Shown in pieces: positions 63,481 through 64,000 of a stretch of 64,000 bases of DNA. The stretch comes from a virus, in IMG/VR virus record IMGVR_UViG_3300012920_000023, positions 32,001 through 96,000 of that record; one strand, 5' to 3'. The notes beneath the pieces were generated by a model. The model saw only the letters and a program-made list of their open reading frames with translations, was not told the DNA's origin and did no database searches. Each line of letters starts with the position of its first letter. Within the stretch, counting starts at the first letter, position 1. The translations under genes and the position numbers were made by a program.

Positions 63481-63759
63481 CTATCTGTTGCGTTCAGTGA
63501 TGTAATCCATCTCAACTTTGAGTCCCTCTCGACCACCGTGTGCTGTTAAGATACTTCTTATCGCAGAGACTACATGCCCACTCTTACCGATGACTTGACC
63601 CACATCCTTTTTGTCTGTGTGGAGTTCTACTATTAATCTGAACTGCGAGGGGACTATATTCACCTCAACAGTCTCCGGACTATCGACTATCCCTTTTATG
63701 ATAGTAGTGACTAGATTCTTAAGGTTGTCTATATGTTCTCGGGTAATTTGTTTGCTCAT
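63481..63759 (-). CDS. khpA: Single-KH-domain RNA-binding protein (KhpA-like)
   Basis: LV..I...IVD.PE.V.V, D.GQVIGKSG....AIR.IL with GxxG loop. Confidence 0.85.
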   Translation of the reverse strand: MSKQITREHIDNLKNLVTTIIKGIVDSPETVEVNIVPSQFRLIVELHTDKKDVGQVIGKSGHVVSAIRSILTAHGGREGLKVEMDYITERNR

Positions 63760-63762
63760 CTT

Positions 63763-63999
63763 CTACCACCTTATCATTGGAAAATTGTCGCTCATGTACT
63801 CGTCAAACTCTTGACTATTAAGTGCTAAAGTCTCGACTTGATCTATACTGTGTTGAGGTTCATAATACAGGTCTCTTACGATATCTGCACCATATTTTAA
63901 AAAGGCTCCCGGAGTAATCGAGTAATAGTCGTTAAAAGATTGTTCCTTAGAGACATACTTCCATCCACAGTCATTGGATATGGATTCAATAGGAATAAG
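63763..63999 (-). CDS. Partial (5'-truncated) hypothetical protein
   Basis: Frame open from the window end (LIPIESISNDCGWKY...FPMIRW*). Confidence 0.55.
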   Translation of the reverse strand, partial: LIPIESISNDCGWKYVSKEQSFNDYYSITPGAFLKYGADIVRDLYYEPQHSIDQVETLALNSQEFDEYMSDNFPMIRW

Positions 64000-64000
64000 C

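Noticed and set aside
1-64000. Stop-codon reassignment or tRNA genes
   Set aside because: Known genes are full-length under the standard code and all three stops are used; no cloverleaf recognised in intergenic gaps (tRNAscan-SE would confirm)

Overview
A 64-kb segment of a large, probably lytic myovirus (contractile-tail phage); both window ends cut through genes. The left two-thirds hold a dispersed morphogenesis module: neck and tail terminator, sheath, two tube paralogs, a tail chaperone with a programmed -1 frameshift, tape measure, LysM/wedge, hub, spike, gp25, baseplate J/I-like proteins and three long fibre proteins. It is interrupted by three DNA methyltransferases, a GNAT, an amidase endolysin, a gamma-glutamylcyclotransferase and a class II ribonucleotide reductase. 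The right third carries nucleotide-metabolism and recombination genes (MazG, ThyX, PhoH, RuvC-like, Cas4-like, nuclease, KhpA-like) and an array of single-gene cassettes, each with its own sigma70-type promoter and a GAGCACC/GGTGCTC palindrome. Main observations: (1) extreme motif avoidance, with GCNGC apparently absent so that no Ala-Ala dipeptide was found in the proteins read, even at normally conserved positions; CCAG/CTGG, AGCT, GCGC, CGCG and GGWCC are also avoided. (2) About eight unrelated proteins, including two Dam-type methyltransferases, a GNAT and an ADP-ribosyltransferase-like protein, share an N-terminal leader ending in [LIVM]-x-E, suggesting a virion-packaged, co-injected enzyme payload. 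(3) In the promoter cassettes the palindrome arm sits exactly 41 nt before the -35 box in four cases. (4) The frameshift product is missing from the ORF track. All family assignments come from motif recognition by eye, not database searches.
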